This document shows positions 1-10,282 of a stretch of 36,983 bases of DNA, piece after piece. The stretch comes from an uncultured bacterium (GTDB lineage: Bacteria > CAIJMQ01 > JAADFP01 > CAZSGC01). The stretch is taken from positions 1 through 36,983 of the forward strand of contig CAZSGC010000002.1 in assembly GCA_964606225.1 (NCBI GenBank). Reading direction: 5' to 3'. The notes under the pieces are model-generated. The model was not told where the DNA came from, did not search any database, and saw only the letters and a list, made by a program, of their open reading frames with translations. Position 1 is the first letter of the stretch. Every line of letters begins with the position of its first letter. A program made the translations under genes and the position numbers.

Positions 1-957
1 CCCCGACTTTCCCTTTACTTCATATCTTCTCCTCACCCCTGAGAAATCCTGAATCTTTTGAAAAATCTCCCTCCAGTCCGCCCCCAGAAAATGGGAAAGA
101 TAAATCCCAGGTAAAGCATTCAGTACATTGTGATAGCCTGGCAGAGGCAAGTCTACTCTTCCAATTTTTTTATGATTAAGAGAGAGGGTAAAATGGGTGG
201 AAAAGGGATAAAATTTTACCTGCTCCACCCTTAATTCTGCTTCCTTTCCCCCATAAGTTAAGACAGGGTAACTTTTGGAGAGGGAGGAGAGGAGTTTTTT
301 CACTCCTGGACAGTGAATATTCCCCATAATGAGACCTCCAGAGGCAGTTTTGGAGGCAAAAGTATAGAAGTCCTGCCATAAATTCTCTATTTTCTCATAC
401 CTGTCCAGATGGTCATTATCGATATTGGTTAAGATACTAATAAAAGGATGTAAAAGCAAGAAAGATTTATCACTCTCGTCGGACTCACAAACAATGTACT
501 CTCCTTCCCCCCATTCCGCAGAAAATCCTAAAGAATCTATCTCTCCTCCTAAATAATAGGAGTGAGAGAGTTTAAGTTTTTTAAGGAGGAAAGCCAGGAT
601 AGCAGAAGTGGTAGTTTTTCCATGAGTACCTGCTATTATTATCTCTTTCTTCTCCTTAACCAGAAGCGATAACTTCTCTCCTCGAGAAAAAAGAGGAATT
701 TTCCTCCTCTTTGCCTCTACAATCTCGGGATTGTGGGCATTTATGGCTGAAGAGTAGACTACCTCTCTCACATCATTACTGATTATTTCCTTACTATGTC
801 CAGTATAGGTCTTTATACCGAGGGACTGGAGTTTCTCCAGTGTTGGTGAAGAAAGAAGGTCTGAACCCTGAACCTGATACCCCTTTTGATGTAAAAGGAG
901 GGCCAGGGACCTCATCCCCGCTCCCCCAATACCTACCAGATGTATCTTCCCCTTCAT
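1..957 (-). CDS. murC: UDP-N-acetylmuramate--L-alanine ligase MurC, C-terminally truncated by the window edge
   Basis: Hand translation from the ATG at 955-957, which overlaps the murG TGA as ATGA. The frame has no stop down to base 1. Sequence reads MKGKIHLVGIGGAGMRSLALLLHQKGYQVQGSD..., with P-loop IIAGTHGKTTTSA and motifs CESDESDKSF, LTNIDNDHLD, LPLPGYHNVLNAL, FSGVRRRYE. It is missing from the ORF track because its stop lies outside the window. Confidence 0.9.
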   Translation of the reverse strand, partial: MKGKIHLVGIGGAGMRSLALLLHQKGYQVQGSDLLSSPTLEKLQSLGIKTYTGHSKEIISNDVREVVYSSAINAHNPEIVEAKRRKIPLFSRGEKLSLLVKEKKEIIIAGTHGKTTTSAILAFLLKKLKLSHSYYLGGEIDSLGFSAEWGEGEYIVCESDESDKSFLLLHPFISILTNIDNDHLDRYEKIENLWQDFYTFASKTASGGLIMGNIHCPGVKKLLSSLSKSYPVLTYGGKEAELRVEQVKFYPFSTHFTLSLNHKKIGRVDLPLPGYHNVLNALPGIYLSHFLGADWREIFQKIQDFSGVRRRYEVKGKSG

Positions 958-1985
958 TTTCTTCTTAATCCCATCTCTTTACAGATAATCTCTTCTGGAG
1001 AAATACCAGGGGTTACTCTGGGGGAGAGATTCTCCACAGAAGGGGGACGGGAGAGTAAAGTGATAAGTAATCTCTTCAGCCTTACTATCTGATGTTCCTC
1101 CACTATCCAGAATCCTCCCTTTTTCTGAAACCAGAGAGCATTTTCTTTCTGGTGATAAGAGTCTCTGGTTTTCAAAGGAATAACCACCGAAGGTATATTC
1201 CACATATACAACTCACTTAAAGTGACTGCTCCACCCCGAGTGAGTGAGAGTGTGGCTTGGGAGTAAAGTCTATCCATAGGGTATTGAAAAGGAAATACTT
1301 CTGCCTTTATTTTCCACTTATCATAAATTCTCTTCACCTTAAGGTAATCTTTCTCTCCCGTAAGGTGAAGAATTCTCCAACCTTGTGGTCTTATCTGGCA
1401 CAGAATACGGGAAACTTTCTCATTCATAAATTCAGACCCCTGACTCCCTCCTAAGATTAAAAGAGTAGGAAGGGACGAATTTTCCCTTTTAAGAGGAAAA
1501 GAATTCACCATCATACCTGCATAAACCGCTTTTTCCCCTTCAAAATAAGAACCTGTCTCTGGGAAACTCAAGAAGATTTTCTGAGATAGGCGAGAAAGGA
1601 AAAGGTTGGTTCTCCCCGGTATTACATTTTGCTCATGAACATAAAGTGGAATCCTCAATATATAAGCAGCCAGACCACCGGGAAGAGAACCATAACTACC
1701 CATTACCATAACCTTCTGAGGTCTTAATAGTAGAAAAAGAATTAGAGATAGCAGGAAGGAAAAGAAGAGACCCACTCCAAATTTAAATTTTCCCTTTTCT
1801 TTACTCCAGAGAGGTAAAGCATAAAAAGGGAAATCCTCTTTTTTGAGGATTTCGACTAAGTATTTCTTAAGGGGACCCATGAACTTAACCTCTACCTGAG
1901 GAAAATTTTCCCTCAAAAATTTAGCCAGTTGAAGGGCAGGAAAAAAATGTCCTCCGGTGGGTCCCACTACAAAGATAATTCTCAT
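954..1985 (-). CDS. murG: Undecaprenyl-PP-MurNAc-pentapeptide GlcNAc transferase MurG
   Basis: 343 aa. N-terminal GPTGGHFFPALQLA motif, C-terminal GGSQGS and RGGAVTLSE. It sits between ftsW and murC with 4-nt overlaps on both sides. Confidence 0.9.
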   Translation of the reverse strand: MRIIFVVGPTGGHFFPALQLAKFLRENFPQVEVKFMGPLKKYLVEILKKEDFPFYALPLWSKEKGKFKFGVGLFFSFLLSLILFLLLRPQKVMVMGSYGSLPGGLAAYILRIPLYVHEQNVIPGRTNLFLSRLSQKIFLSFPETGSYFEGEKAVYAGMMVNSFPLKRENSSLPTLLILGGSQGSEFMNEKVSRILCQIRPQGWRILHLTGEKDYLKVKRIYDKWKIKAEVFPFQYPMDRLYSQATLSLTRGGAVTLSELYMWNIPSVVIPLKTRDSYHQKENALWFQKKGGFWIVEEHQIVRLKRLLITLLSRPPSVENLSPRVTPGISPEEIICKEMGLRRK

Positions 1986-3058
1986 CCTCTTCTGGCAATT
2001 TGGGTAAGTAACCCTGCCATGGTCAGATTTACTACCATGGAGGTCCCCCCCACACTGATAAAGGGTAAAGTTATACCCTTAGGGGGAAGAAGTCCTACAC
2101 TTACACCCAAGTTTATGAATGCCTGCAAACCTATAAGGAGGGTGATTCCTAAAGCCAAGTAAGAAGGGAAAAGTTCTTGAGATTTCCAGGCAACCCGTAA
2201 TCCACAAATTACCAGGATGAGGAAGGCAATTACGATGAGAACTCCTCCTATAAAACCCAGTTCTTCACCAATTATGGAGAATATAAAATCATTATGAGCA
2301 CTGGGTAAATAAAAAAGTTTCTGTCTCCCCTCCCCTAATCCCTTTCCTATCAGCCCTCCAGAGCCCAAGGCTACCAGAGACTGGATTATCTGAAACCCTG
2401 CTCCCTGAGGGTCTTTCCAAGGGTTTATAAAGGCTATAATTCTACTCTTCCGATACCCCACCTTGACTATAAGTAAATATAGGGCGGGAAGGGAGGAAAG
2501 AGATAAGAAAAGCAGATGTCGAAGAGAGGCTCCCCCCACAAAAAAAAGGGAGAAGGAAACCAGACCTATAAGAAAACAGGTTCCTAAATCAGGCTGTAAA
2601 AGGAGTATAAAGAGAAGCAGAGATAGAACCAATAGAGGAGGGAAAAGCCCCTCTTTAAAACTTTTTAATTCCTTCCACTTTCTGGAAAGAAAATCAGAAA
2701 GCCAAAGAATTACTCCCAACTTGACCAGTTCAGAAGGTTGAAGGGTTACCTTCCCTACTCTCAACCATCTTCTGGCTCCTCCTGCTTCCCATCCTAAAGG
2801 AGAGAGAGTAAGTAGGAGAAGGGAAAGGGAGAGAAAGAGAAAAAATTTATTGTATTTTCTCCAGATTTCCCACTTTACCTGGTAACCCAGAAAAAAGAAA
2901 AGAACCCCTAAGAAAACCCAGGTTAAATGGCGGAAGAAAAAATAATAGGGATTACCAAACTTCTCCTTAGAATAAATGGAGGAAGAACTGTACACCATCA
3001 AGATACCCGTTATCACCAAGAAAGCAGTGACCAGTAATATTATTCTATAGGTTCTCAT
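1982..3058 (-). CDS. ftsW: SEDS-family peptidoglycan polymerase / cell division protein FtsW
   Basis: 358 aa polytopic membrane protein with QPSELVKL, QPDLGT and LPSAHNDFIFSIIGEELGFIG motifs. Canonical dcw position between murD and murG. Confidence 0.88.
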   Translation of the reverse strand: MRTYRIILLVTAFLVITGILMVYSSSSIYSKEKFGNPYYFFFRHLTWVFLGVLFFFLGYQVKWEIWRKYNKFFLFLSLSLLLLTLSPLGWEAGGARRWLRVGKVTLQPSELVKLGVILWLSDFLSRKWKELKSFKEGLFPPLLVLSLLLFILLLQPDLGTCFLIGLVSFSLFFVGGASLRHLLFLSLSSLPALYLLIVKVGYRKSRIIAFINPWKDPQGAGFQIIQSLVALGSGGLIGKGLGEGRQKLFYLPSAHNDFIFSIIGEELGFIGGVLIVIAFLILVICGLRVAWKSQELFPSYLALGITLLIGLQAFINLGVSVGLLPPKGITLPFISVGGTSMVVNLTMAGLLTQIARRG

Positions 3059-4412
3059 CCTTTCTTCTTTCTATCTCTTCTCTTACCATCTCCTTAAATA
3101 CTCGCCCTCTCTCACGATAATCTGAAAACATATCCAGGCTGGAACAAGCGGGGGAGAGAAGTACAGTATCTCCTTCTCTGGAAAACTTAAAAGCAGTATG
3201 GACAGCCTCCTCCATTCCCGAAGAAGTTTCTACTCTCACTAAGGGAGTGAAGGTATCCACAATTTTCTCTCTGCATTCTCCTATGGCAATTATCAGCTTT
3301 ACTTTCTTCTTAACTAAGGAGGAAAGAGAAGAAAAATCGCTTCCTTTATCTCTTCCCCCCATGATGAGGATAAGAGGAGGGGGGAGAGAGAGAAGTGCCT
3401 GTCTTAAAGAATCTACGGTAGTGGCTTTAGAATCGTCAATAAAAGTTATCCCCCTCCACTGGATAAATTTTTCCAGCCGATGAGGTAAACCGCGAAAGGT
3501 TTTTATTCTTTCCTGTATAAGGGAATTGGGCAGTCCGCATAATTTAACTACACAGACAGAAGCAAGTAGATTCTCCAAATTGTGCTTCCCTGGTAAACCC
3601 CATCCTTTAAGGGAACAAACTTTTTCTTCTCCCCGATGATCCCGAAAAAAAATACTTCCCTCTTTTATGAAAGTTCCCCAATGTTGATGAGGAGTGAGGG
3701 AAAAGAAGTACATCTTTGACTTTATACTTTTTTCTCTCTCCTCTCTACCCGCTACTTTAAGATTTACTACCGCAAAATCATCTGGAGTCTGGGGAGAAAA
3801 AATCTTCCATTTAGTATCTTCATACTCCTGGAAACTGGGGTACCTATCCAAATGGTCAGAGGTAATGTTAAGTAATACCGCTATTTGAGGATGGAAGAAC
3901 TGCAAATCTTCCAGTTGAAAACTGCTTACTTCCAGAATTATCCATTCTCCCTTTTTCTTCTTCCTCACCAGATAAGAGAGAGGTATGCCAATATTGCCTC
4001 CCAAAAGGGCTTTTCCCTTAAGGAAATGGTGGAGGAGGCAAACAGTGGTACTCTTCCCATTGGTCCCGGTTACAGCAATGGTGGGGATAGAATTTAAAGA
4101 GAGAGCAAGATTCAATTCTCCCATTACCCTTTTTCTATGGGAAAGAAGTTTCTTTATCCAGCCTTGATTTCGATCTACTCCTGGGCTTAAAACTATGAGT
4201 TCTGAGGCTAAGAGGGGGGCAAGTGTATGTCTACCTATCTCTCCTTTAATTCCTTCTTTCTTCAGGTAGAAAAGTCTCCTGCGGAGAGAGGGATTCTCCT
4301 TTCGATCGGTCACCCAGACTTCCGAACCCAGTTCAGCCAGTAGCAAAGCAGCCTCATATCCACTCTTACCCAATCCTATTACTGCTGCCTTTCTTCCTCT
4401 CCCCAAGTTCAT
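3045..4412 (-). CDS. murD: UDP-N-acetylmuramoylalanine--D-glutamate ligase MurD
   Basis: 455 aa. N-terminal VIGLGKSGYEAA Rossmann-like segment and VTGTNGKSTT P-loop. dcw context. Confidence 0.9.
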   Translation of the reverse strand: MNLGRGRKAAVIGLGKSGYEAALLLAELGSEVWVTDRKENPSLRRRLFYLKKEGIKGEIGRHTLAPLLASELIVLSPGVDRNQGWIKKLLSHRKRVMGELNLALSLNSIPTIAVTGTNGKSTTVCLLHHFLKGKALLGGNIGIPLSYLVRKKKKGEWIILEVSSFQLEDLQFFHPQIAVLLNITSDHLDRYPSFQEYEDTKWKIFSPQTPDDFAVVNLKVAGREEREKSIKSKMYFFSLTPHQHWGTFIKEGSIFFRDHRGEEKVCSLKGWGLPGKHNLENLLASVCVVKLCGLPNSLIQERIKTFRGLPHRLEKFIQWRGITFIDDSKATTVDSLRQALLSLPPPLILIMGGRDKGSDFSSLSSLVKKKVKLIIAIGECREKIVDTFTPLVRVETSSGMEEAVHTAFKFSREGDTVLLSPACSSLDMFSDYRERGRVFKEMVREEIERRKDENL

Positions 4413-5506
4413 CTCATCTTCAGAGTAGCCAGAGAGAGGATGGCTATAATAAGAGTAAGAATCCAGAGTCTAATAGTGACCTTGCTTTCTGGCCATCCCA
4501 GAAATTGAAAATGATGATGAAGAGGGGCAATCTTAAATACCCGGCGTTTTAGAAGTCGATAGGAAAATACCTGAATTACCACGGATAAAATCTCTAAGAC
4601 AAATACTCCTCCCACAAAAAGAAATAGTATCTCCTGTTTGGTGAGAAGAGCCACAGATGCCAGGGCTCCACCCAGAGCCATAGAGCCTGTATCTCCCATA
4701 AAAACTTCTGCCGGGTAGGAATTAAACCAAAGGAAACCCAGACAGGCTCCTACCAGACTACTGCAAAACACAGTCAATTCCCCACTTCCCGCCACATAGG
4801 GAATGAGTAGATAGTGGGCAAACTTAGCATGTCCCACCACATAACTTATTACTCCATAGGAGGCTAAAGCAATAAGGAAACAACCAATGGCCAGACCATC
4901 TAATCCATCGGTGATATTTACAGCATTGGTGACCCCTACCATATAAAGGATGACAAACAAAACATAAAAAATACCCAAAGAAAGTATCAAATTTTTAAAG
5001 AAGGGAAAAACTAAGGAAGTACCTACTTCTGGATGAAGAGGATGGAGATAAAGATAGATTCCCAACACTAATCCCCATATCCCCTGTCCTATGAGTTTCC
5101 CCTTTTTCCCTAACCCGCAAGAAGATTTATGGCGTAACTTGAGGTAATCATCTAAAAATCCTAATATTCCCATCCAGAGAGTAGAAAAAACAGCCAGCCA
5201 TACCCAAGCATTATGTAAGTTTCCCCACAGGAGGAGAGAGAGTAAAAAACCTGCTATTATGATAATCCCTCCCATGGTAGGGGTGCCTTTTTTATTTTCT
5301 TGCAAATCATTCAGTTCTGGGCATTCCTTTCTAAAAGGGCAATCATGTATTCCATTGGTATCCAGTTTTCGGATAATCCAAGGACCTAAAAGGAGAGAGA
5401 ACAAAAAAGCGGTGAAAGAAGCCATAGCACTCCTGAAAGTAATGTATCGGAAGATATTAAATATACCTATAATATCTTTAAGAGGGTACAGAAACTGATA
5501 AAGCAT
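4409..5506 (-). CDS. mraY: Phospho-N-acetylmuramoyl-pentapeptide transferase MraY
   Basis: 365 aa. FNIFRYITFRS N-terminus, NAVNITDGLDGLA, GDTGSMALGG and APLHHHF motifs. Confidence 0.95.
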   Translation of the reverse strand: MLYQFLYPLKDIIGIFNIFRYITFRSAMASFTAFLFSLLLGPWIIRKLDTNGIHDCPFRKECPELNDLQENKKGTPTMGGIIIIAGFLLSLLLWGNLHNAWVWLAVFSTLWMGILGFLDDYLKLRHKSSCGLGKKGKLIGQGIWGLVLGIYLYLHPLHPEVGTSLVFPFFKNLILSLGIFYVLFVILYMVGVTNAVNITDGLDGLAIGCFLIALASYGVISYVVGHAKFAHYLLIPYVAGSGELTVFCSSLVGACLGFLWFNSYPAEVFMGDTGSMALGGALASVALLTKQEILFLFVGGVFVLEILSVVIQVFSYRLLKRRVFKIAPLHHHFQFLGWPESKVTIRLWILTLIIAILSLATLKMR

Positions 5507-6824
5507 CTGGTAACACCTTCTCCAACTCTAATCTGTGTGAGGCTTTTACCCCTACCAGATCCCTTTCCCGCACCAGTAAAGAGAGAAAAGAAGAAATCTT
5601 TTCCCTTTCCAAGTGAAATACCTCCCGTCTTCCTTTTAAAGCCTGGAAAATCAGGCGTGTGTAATTACCAGTAGTGATAACCACATCTATGGAGGAAGAT
5701 AAGAGTATCTGGGCTAACTTACTATGTTCTTCCTCTGCTCTTTCCCCCAATTCTAACATGTCCCCTATCACCACAATCCTTCTTCCTTCTACCTTAATGT
5801 TTTCCATAACCTCTAAGAACCTTCGGAAAGAGAGGGGATTCGCATTATAGGTATCATCTAAGTAGTAAACGCCTTCTACTTCCATAAGCCTCATCCTCCC
5901 GGGAAGAGGGGAAAAAGTAGAGATAGATTCCAGAATTTCCCCCTCCTCTATTCCCAGATATCTTCCCACCTCAAAAGCAACAAGAGCACTATAAACGGAA
6001 GGTATACCGGGTATGGAAAGATGGAAACTTCCCTTACCTATCTCCACCTTTGCCCGATAGAAAGAATCAAAGTCCAACCTTTTAGGTCTTATATCTCCTT
6101 CTTCTATCCCAAAAGAGATAAGTTCTCCAGAGAAATTCTGAGCAAAGTAAGAGAAGAAAGGGTCATCTGCGTTTAAGAAGGCTACAGAAGAGGTAAAAGA
6201 TAAAAGTTTCCTCTTTTCCTCCGCTACCCTCATCTCTTCTTTAAATCCTTCCAGATGTCCGGGACCTATGGCAGTTATGATACTCGCCCAAGGAGAGGCT
6301 AAAGCAGCGAGCCTCTCCATCTCTCCTCTTTCGCTTACTCCTAACTCCACTACCATAAATTGCGTATCTGCTCCCATATTTAGAAGAGAAAGGGGTAGCC
6401 CTATAATGTTGTTAAAATTTCCCGGAGATTTACAGGTCGGGAAATGACTCTTTAAAACATGGTAAATCATCTCTTTGGTGGTGGTCTTACCACAACTTCC
6501 CGTCACTGCAATCACCTTAGGATTAACCTTTTCTCTCCAGTAAACCGCCAATTTCTGTAAAGCCTTAAGTGTATCATCCACCCATAAAATAGTACCCTTA
6601 GAGGAATAAAGGGGACGAGACACCAGTACTCCCCGGGCTCCTTTCTCCAGAGCCTGCTGGGCAAAGTTATTTCCATCATATCGAGGACCTTTAAGAGCAA
6701 TGAAAAGTTCTCCTCCTTCTACTTTACGGGAATCGGTAGAGACCTTCTGGAAAACCTCCCCTTTTCCACCAGAGATTAACCAGGCTCCAGTAACTTTTAC
6801 AATTTCTTCCACACTCAACTGCAT
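5478..6824 (-). CDS. murF: UDP-MurNAc-tripeptide--D-alanyl-D-alanine ligase MurF
   Basis: 448 aa. VTGSCGKTTTKEM P-loop and DDTYNANP motif. dcw position between murE and mraY. Confidence 0.9.
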   Translation of the reverse strand: MQLSVEEIVKVTGAWLISGGKGEVFQKVSTDSRKVEGGELFIALKGPRYDGNNFAQQALEKGARGVLVSRPLYSSKGTILWVDDTLKALQKLAVYWREKVNPKVIAVTGSCGKTTTKEMIYHVLKSHFPTCKSPGNFNNIIGLPLSLLNMGADTQFMVVELGVSERGEMERLAALASPWASIITAIGPGHLEGFKEEMRVAEEKRKLLSFTSSVAFLNADDPFFSYFAQNFSGELISFGIEEGDIRPKRLDFDSFYRAKVEIGKGSFHLSIPGIPSVYSALVAFEVGRYLGIEEGEILESISTFSPLPGRMRLMEVEGVYYLDDTYNANPLSFRRFLEVMENIKVEGRRIVVIGDMLELGERAEEEHSKLAQILLSSSIDVVITTGNYTRLIFQALKGRREVFHLEREKISSFLSLLVRERDLVGVKASHRLELEKVLPDALSVSVPS

Positions 6825-8302
6825 ATCTTTACCCTTCGTTTCTTTCTTTCCTTTAAAAATTTTTTAACCACTTCCCGGTCGCTAAAAGGTAAAACCACAT
6901 CACCAAAAATCTGATAATTCTCATGCCCTTTTCCAGCCACAGTTACGCAATCTCCTTTCTCTGCCATCATAATTCCTCGATATATAGCCTCTTCCCGGTC
7001 AGGAATCACCTCCCACTTACAGTCTCCATCTATTCCTTTCTCTATATCTTTTATTATCTGGAGAGGGTCTTCCTCCCTGGGATTATCATTGGTAAGAAAA
7101 ATATAATCGCTATACTGGGAGGCTACTTTCCCCATAAGGGGTCTTTTCCCTCTATCCCGGTTGCCTCCACATCCAAAGACAGTTATAACCTTGCCAGGTG
7201 TCATTTTCCGTAAGGTCTTAAGAAGAGACTCTAAGGCATCGGGAGTATGGGCATAATCCACTACCACTTTAATCTCTCTATCTCCCATTACTTCCATTCT
7301 CCCTGGAACCCTGCTTGTTTCTCTTAATCCCTTCCTAATGGTACCCCAGTCTATACCTTCCCCTCTTGCCCAACTTATAGAAGCAAGAGCATTGTAAAGA
7401 TTAAATTCTCCAGTTAGGGGAAAGGAAAAGTTCTCCTTCTTACTACCTGCATAAACTTCTATCTCCATACCCTCCCAGTTCATCTCTTTAATGTAACCTT
7501 TTAAGGGTACAGAGTTGCATCCATACCAGTAAACTGGGAAAGAGGTAGGTAAATTGATGTCCCTTAAATAGGGGGAATCCTTGTTTATTACCAGAAACTT
7601 CCTCTCCTTCTTACTCTTAGTGAGGAGGTCGATAAGTCTTAACTTAGAGGTCAGATAATCTTTAAAAGTTCCATGAAAGTCCAGGTGCTCACGGGTTACG
7701 TTAGTGAAAATTGCGGATTGAAAGTTCACCCCCTCTACCCTTCTCAAGTGCAAAGCATGGGAGGAAACTTCCATTATGACCCACTTCACTCTTTCCTCCT
7801 TCATCTCTCCCAGTATCTTTTCCAAAAGAGGAGGTGGAGGAGTAGTATAAGAAGAGGGAATGCACCGGTCACCCCAACTATAACCCACGGTTCCTATTCT
7901 TCCTACATTCTCACCCGCCACCTCCAGAATGCTGGAAATAAGATAACTGGTAGTAGTCTTTCCATTGGTTCCCGTGATACCTACCACATTAAGAAAAAGG
8001 GAAGGATTACCATAGAACCTCTCACAGAGTAGAGAAAGCGCCTGGCGACTATCTTCCACTTCTACCCAGGTAACCGAAAAAGGTAGGAAAGAAAACTTTT
8101 CTTCACCCACAATAACTTTGGCTCCTTTTCTAAGGGCTTCGGGGATAAACTTATGCCCGTCAAAAAACCTCCCCTTTACCGCCACAAATAGATAATCCTC
8201 TTTAACTTCTTTGGAGTTATCGGTCAATCCCTTAATTTTTTTATCAGTCTCTCCCCGAATTTGTTTGATTCTAAGACCCTTTAGAATTTCCTTAAGAATC
8301 AT
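6815..8302 (-). CDS. murE: UDP-MurNAc-L-Ala-D-Glu--2,6-diaminopimelate ligase MurE
   Basis: ITGTNGKTTT P-loop, DYAHTPDAL and GCGGNRDRGKRP. The NDNPR motif is usually associated with meso-DAP specificity. The track ORF extends to 8338. I prefer the ATG at 8300-8302 (MILKEIL...) because it is preceded by AAGGGGGT and lies just after the ftsI TAA (8305-8307). Confidence 0.88.
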   Translation of the reverse strand: MILKEILKGLRIKQIRGETDKKIKGLTDNSKEVKEDYLFVAVKGRFFDGHKFIPEALRKGAKVIVGEEKFSFLPFSVTWVEVEDSRQALSLLCERFYGNPSLFLNVVGITGTNGKTTTSYLISSILEVAGENVGRIGTVGYSWGDRCIPSSYTTPPPPLLEKILGEMKEERVKWVIMEVSSHALHLRRVEGVNFQSAIFTNVTREHLDFHGTFKDYLTSKLRLIDLLTKSKKERKFLVINKDSPYLRDINLPTSFPVYWYGCNSVPLKGYIKEMNWEGMEIEVYAGSKKENFSFPLTGEFNLYNALASISWARGEGIDWGTIRKGLRETSRVPGRMEVMGDREIKVVVDYAHTPDALESLLKTLRKMTPGKVITVFGCGGNRDRGKRPLMGKVASQYSDYIFLTNDNPREEDPLQIIKDIEKGIDGDCKWEVIPDREEAIYRGIMMAEKGDCVTVAGKGHENYQIFGDVVLPFSDREVVKKFLKERKKRRVKICS

Positions 8303-8304
8303 TT

Positions 8305-9999
8305 TTACCCCCTTAAGTCTCGAGGAGACATTCCACAATATCTAATAACCCCTTCCATAACTCTCTTAAAACAGGGAGCAGCGATCTCCCCTCCATAGTA
8401 GAGACCCTCTGGCTCATCTATAACGAGCAAGAGGAGAAATTGGGGTTTCTCTACAGGAATAAAACCCACAAAGGAGGCTACGAATTTGCCTGAGTCATAT
8501 CCCTCACCAGGCACGTATTTCTGAGCAGTCCCTGTCTTTCCCGCCACTCTGAAACCTTCAATTTGTGCCTTTCTTCCTGTACCCTTCTCCACCACTCCTT
8601 CCATCAATTGTCTCATTAACCGGGCAGTCTCAGAAGAGATGGCTCTCCTCTTTACCTTTCTGGTGCCTCTGTAAACAATCCTTCCTTCTTTATCTCTGAT
8701 CTCTTTCACTACATAGGGTTTCAATAGATAACCTCCATTGGCAATAGCAGAGACAGCCATGGCTAACTGAATGGGAGTTACTCCTATCTCCTGTCCAAAA
8801 GGTATAGCCGCCATGGAAACCTTAGACCAATGAGAGAGGGGTCTTAATATACCCTTCTCCTCCCCCGGAAGGTCTATCCCGGTCTTCTCTCCAAAACCGA
8901 ATTTTTTTATATAGTTGTAAAGTCTCTCCTCACCTACTTTCATCCCAATCTTGGTAAGTCCTATATTGGAAGAAAACCAGAGAGTCTCCTTCACGGTAAG
9001 CCATCCATAGGGATGATGGTCGTGAAGCAGATGCCCATAGAAAGGGAAACTTCCTCTTTCACAGAAAATCTTTTGCTCTGGTTCCACTACTTTTTCTTCC
9101 AAAGCAATAGATAAAGTTATAACTTTAAAAGTGGAACCCGGCTCATAAACCATCCCAATAGCCCAGTTTCTGGGAGAAGAAAATTGATACTGATTGGGGT
9201 TATAATCGGGAAGAGAGGCCATGGCTAAAATTTCACCACTCTGTGGATTAACCATTATTCCCACACTTCTTTTTGCCCTGGTCTCCTCATGCGTCTTCTT
9301 TAACTCCTTCTCCAGTAGATACTGAATACCTTCATCTAAAGTAAGAATTACGGTTTTCCCTGGAACAGGTGGATAGTACTTCTCCTCCACGGAAGCCAGA
9401 AGAACTCCCCTCCCATCTCTCTCGGTAATCCACTCACCCTTTTTCCCTTTTAGAAAAGAATCATAGTAGTACTCCACTCCTGCTAACCCTTGATTGTCTA
9501 CTCCTGTAAATCCTATAACCTGAGAAGCAAGGCTCCCGCATGGATAAAATCTCCTTTTCTCTCTCTCCCACCCTATTCCCTTAAGGTTAAGCTTTTCTAA
9601 CTTCTTAATCACTTCCTCTTCTACTCCTCTGGCTAAATAAACAAATCTCTTCTTCTTAAGTTTCTGGCGTATTTTTCCCATCTCCATCCCCAGGACAGTG
9701 GCTAAACTTTCCTCCTCCCCCCTGCTCCAATTCTCCTTAACCGGTCTATAAAATACAGAATATCGGGTTACATCAAAGGCAAGTACCTTCCCCTTCCTAT
9801 CCAGTATCTTTCCCCTTTCCGAATCCAGGGATAAAGAAACTCGGTGATAACGCCGGGCTCTCTTCTGGTAATCCGGATTATGAACAATCTGAATTAGATA
9901 TAACTTCCATATTATCAAAAGAAATAGAATAGGTAGAAAGAAAGATACGATGGCGTATCTTTTACCATTTATCAACATAACTCTTACCCACCTTAACAA
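8305..9999 (-). CDS. ftsI: Class B penicillin-binding protein / septal transpeptidase FtsI
   Basis: 564 aa with one N-terminal TM segment. Has the SxxK (GSTFK), SxN (FSSNIG) and KTG (AGKTGTA) triad. dcw context. The true start may be the internal Met at 9978. Confidence 0.9.
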   Translation of the reverse strand: MLRWVRVMLINGKRYAIVSFFLPILFLLIIWKLYLIQIVHNPDYQKRARRYHRVSLSLDSERGKILDRKGKVLAFDVTRYSVFYRPVKENWSRGEEESLATVLGMEMGKIRQKLKKKRFVYLARGVEEEVIKKLEKLNLKGIGWEREKRRFYPCGSLASQVIGFTGVDNQGLAGVEYYYDSFLKGKKGEWITERDGRGVLLASVEEKYYPPVPGKTVILTLDEGIQYLLEKELKKTHEETRAKRSVGIMVNPQSGEILAMASLPDYNPNQYQFSSPRNWAIGMVYEPGSTFKVITLSIALEEKVVEPEQKIFCERGSFPFYGHLLHDHHPYGWLTVKETLWFSSNIGLTKIGMKVGEERLYNYIKKFGFGEKTGIDLPGEEKGILRPLSHWSKVSMAAIPFGQEIGVTPIQLAMAVSAIANGGYLLKPYVVKEIRDKEGRIVYRGTRKVKRRAISSETARLMRQLMEGVVEKGTGRKAQIEGFRVAGKTGTAQKYVPGEGYDSGKFVASFVGFIPVEKPQFLLLLVIDEPEGLYYGGEIAAPCFKRVMEGVIRYCGMSPRDLRG

Positions 10000-10282
10000 C
10001 CTGCTCCGGATTTCCCTCTATCAAACCTAAAGCCTTAGCCTTTTTTTCTAAAGAAGAAGGAGATTTAAGAGAAGCAATCTCCTGTTTAAGGGACTCTATC
10101 TTCTTGCTTAAATCTTCTTTCTCACGCATGGCTTTATTTATGGAGTAACCCAGTAAGACCAGTTTATTCTGAAGATGAATGTATAGACAACCATAGGAAA
10201 GTAAGAACAAAAAAATCAGAACTATCCTGATATTTGCCCACCTTTTCTCTTTAGAAGAAAGAAACCGCTTTTTAACTTTCAA
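9962..10282 (-). CDS. ftsL: Cell division protein FtsL-like (single TM plus coiled coil)
   Basis: 106 aa with a basic N-terminus, one TM (IRIVLIFLFLLSYGCLYI) and a heptad-like segment (EDLSKKIESLKQEIASLK). Canonical position between rsmH and ftsI. Called by architecture and position rather than strong motifs. Confidence 0.65.
   Translation of the reverse strand: MKVKKRFLSSKEKRWANIRIVLIFLFLLSYGCLYIHLQNKLVLLGYSINKAMREKEDLSKKIESLKQEIASLKSPSSLEKKAKALGLIEGNPEQVVKVGKSYVDKW

Noticed and set aside
176-379. 67-aa minus-strand ORF near the left edge.
   Set aside because: It is out of frame within murC, whose frame is open and motif-rich across this interval.
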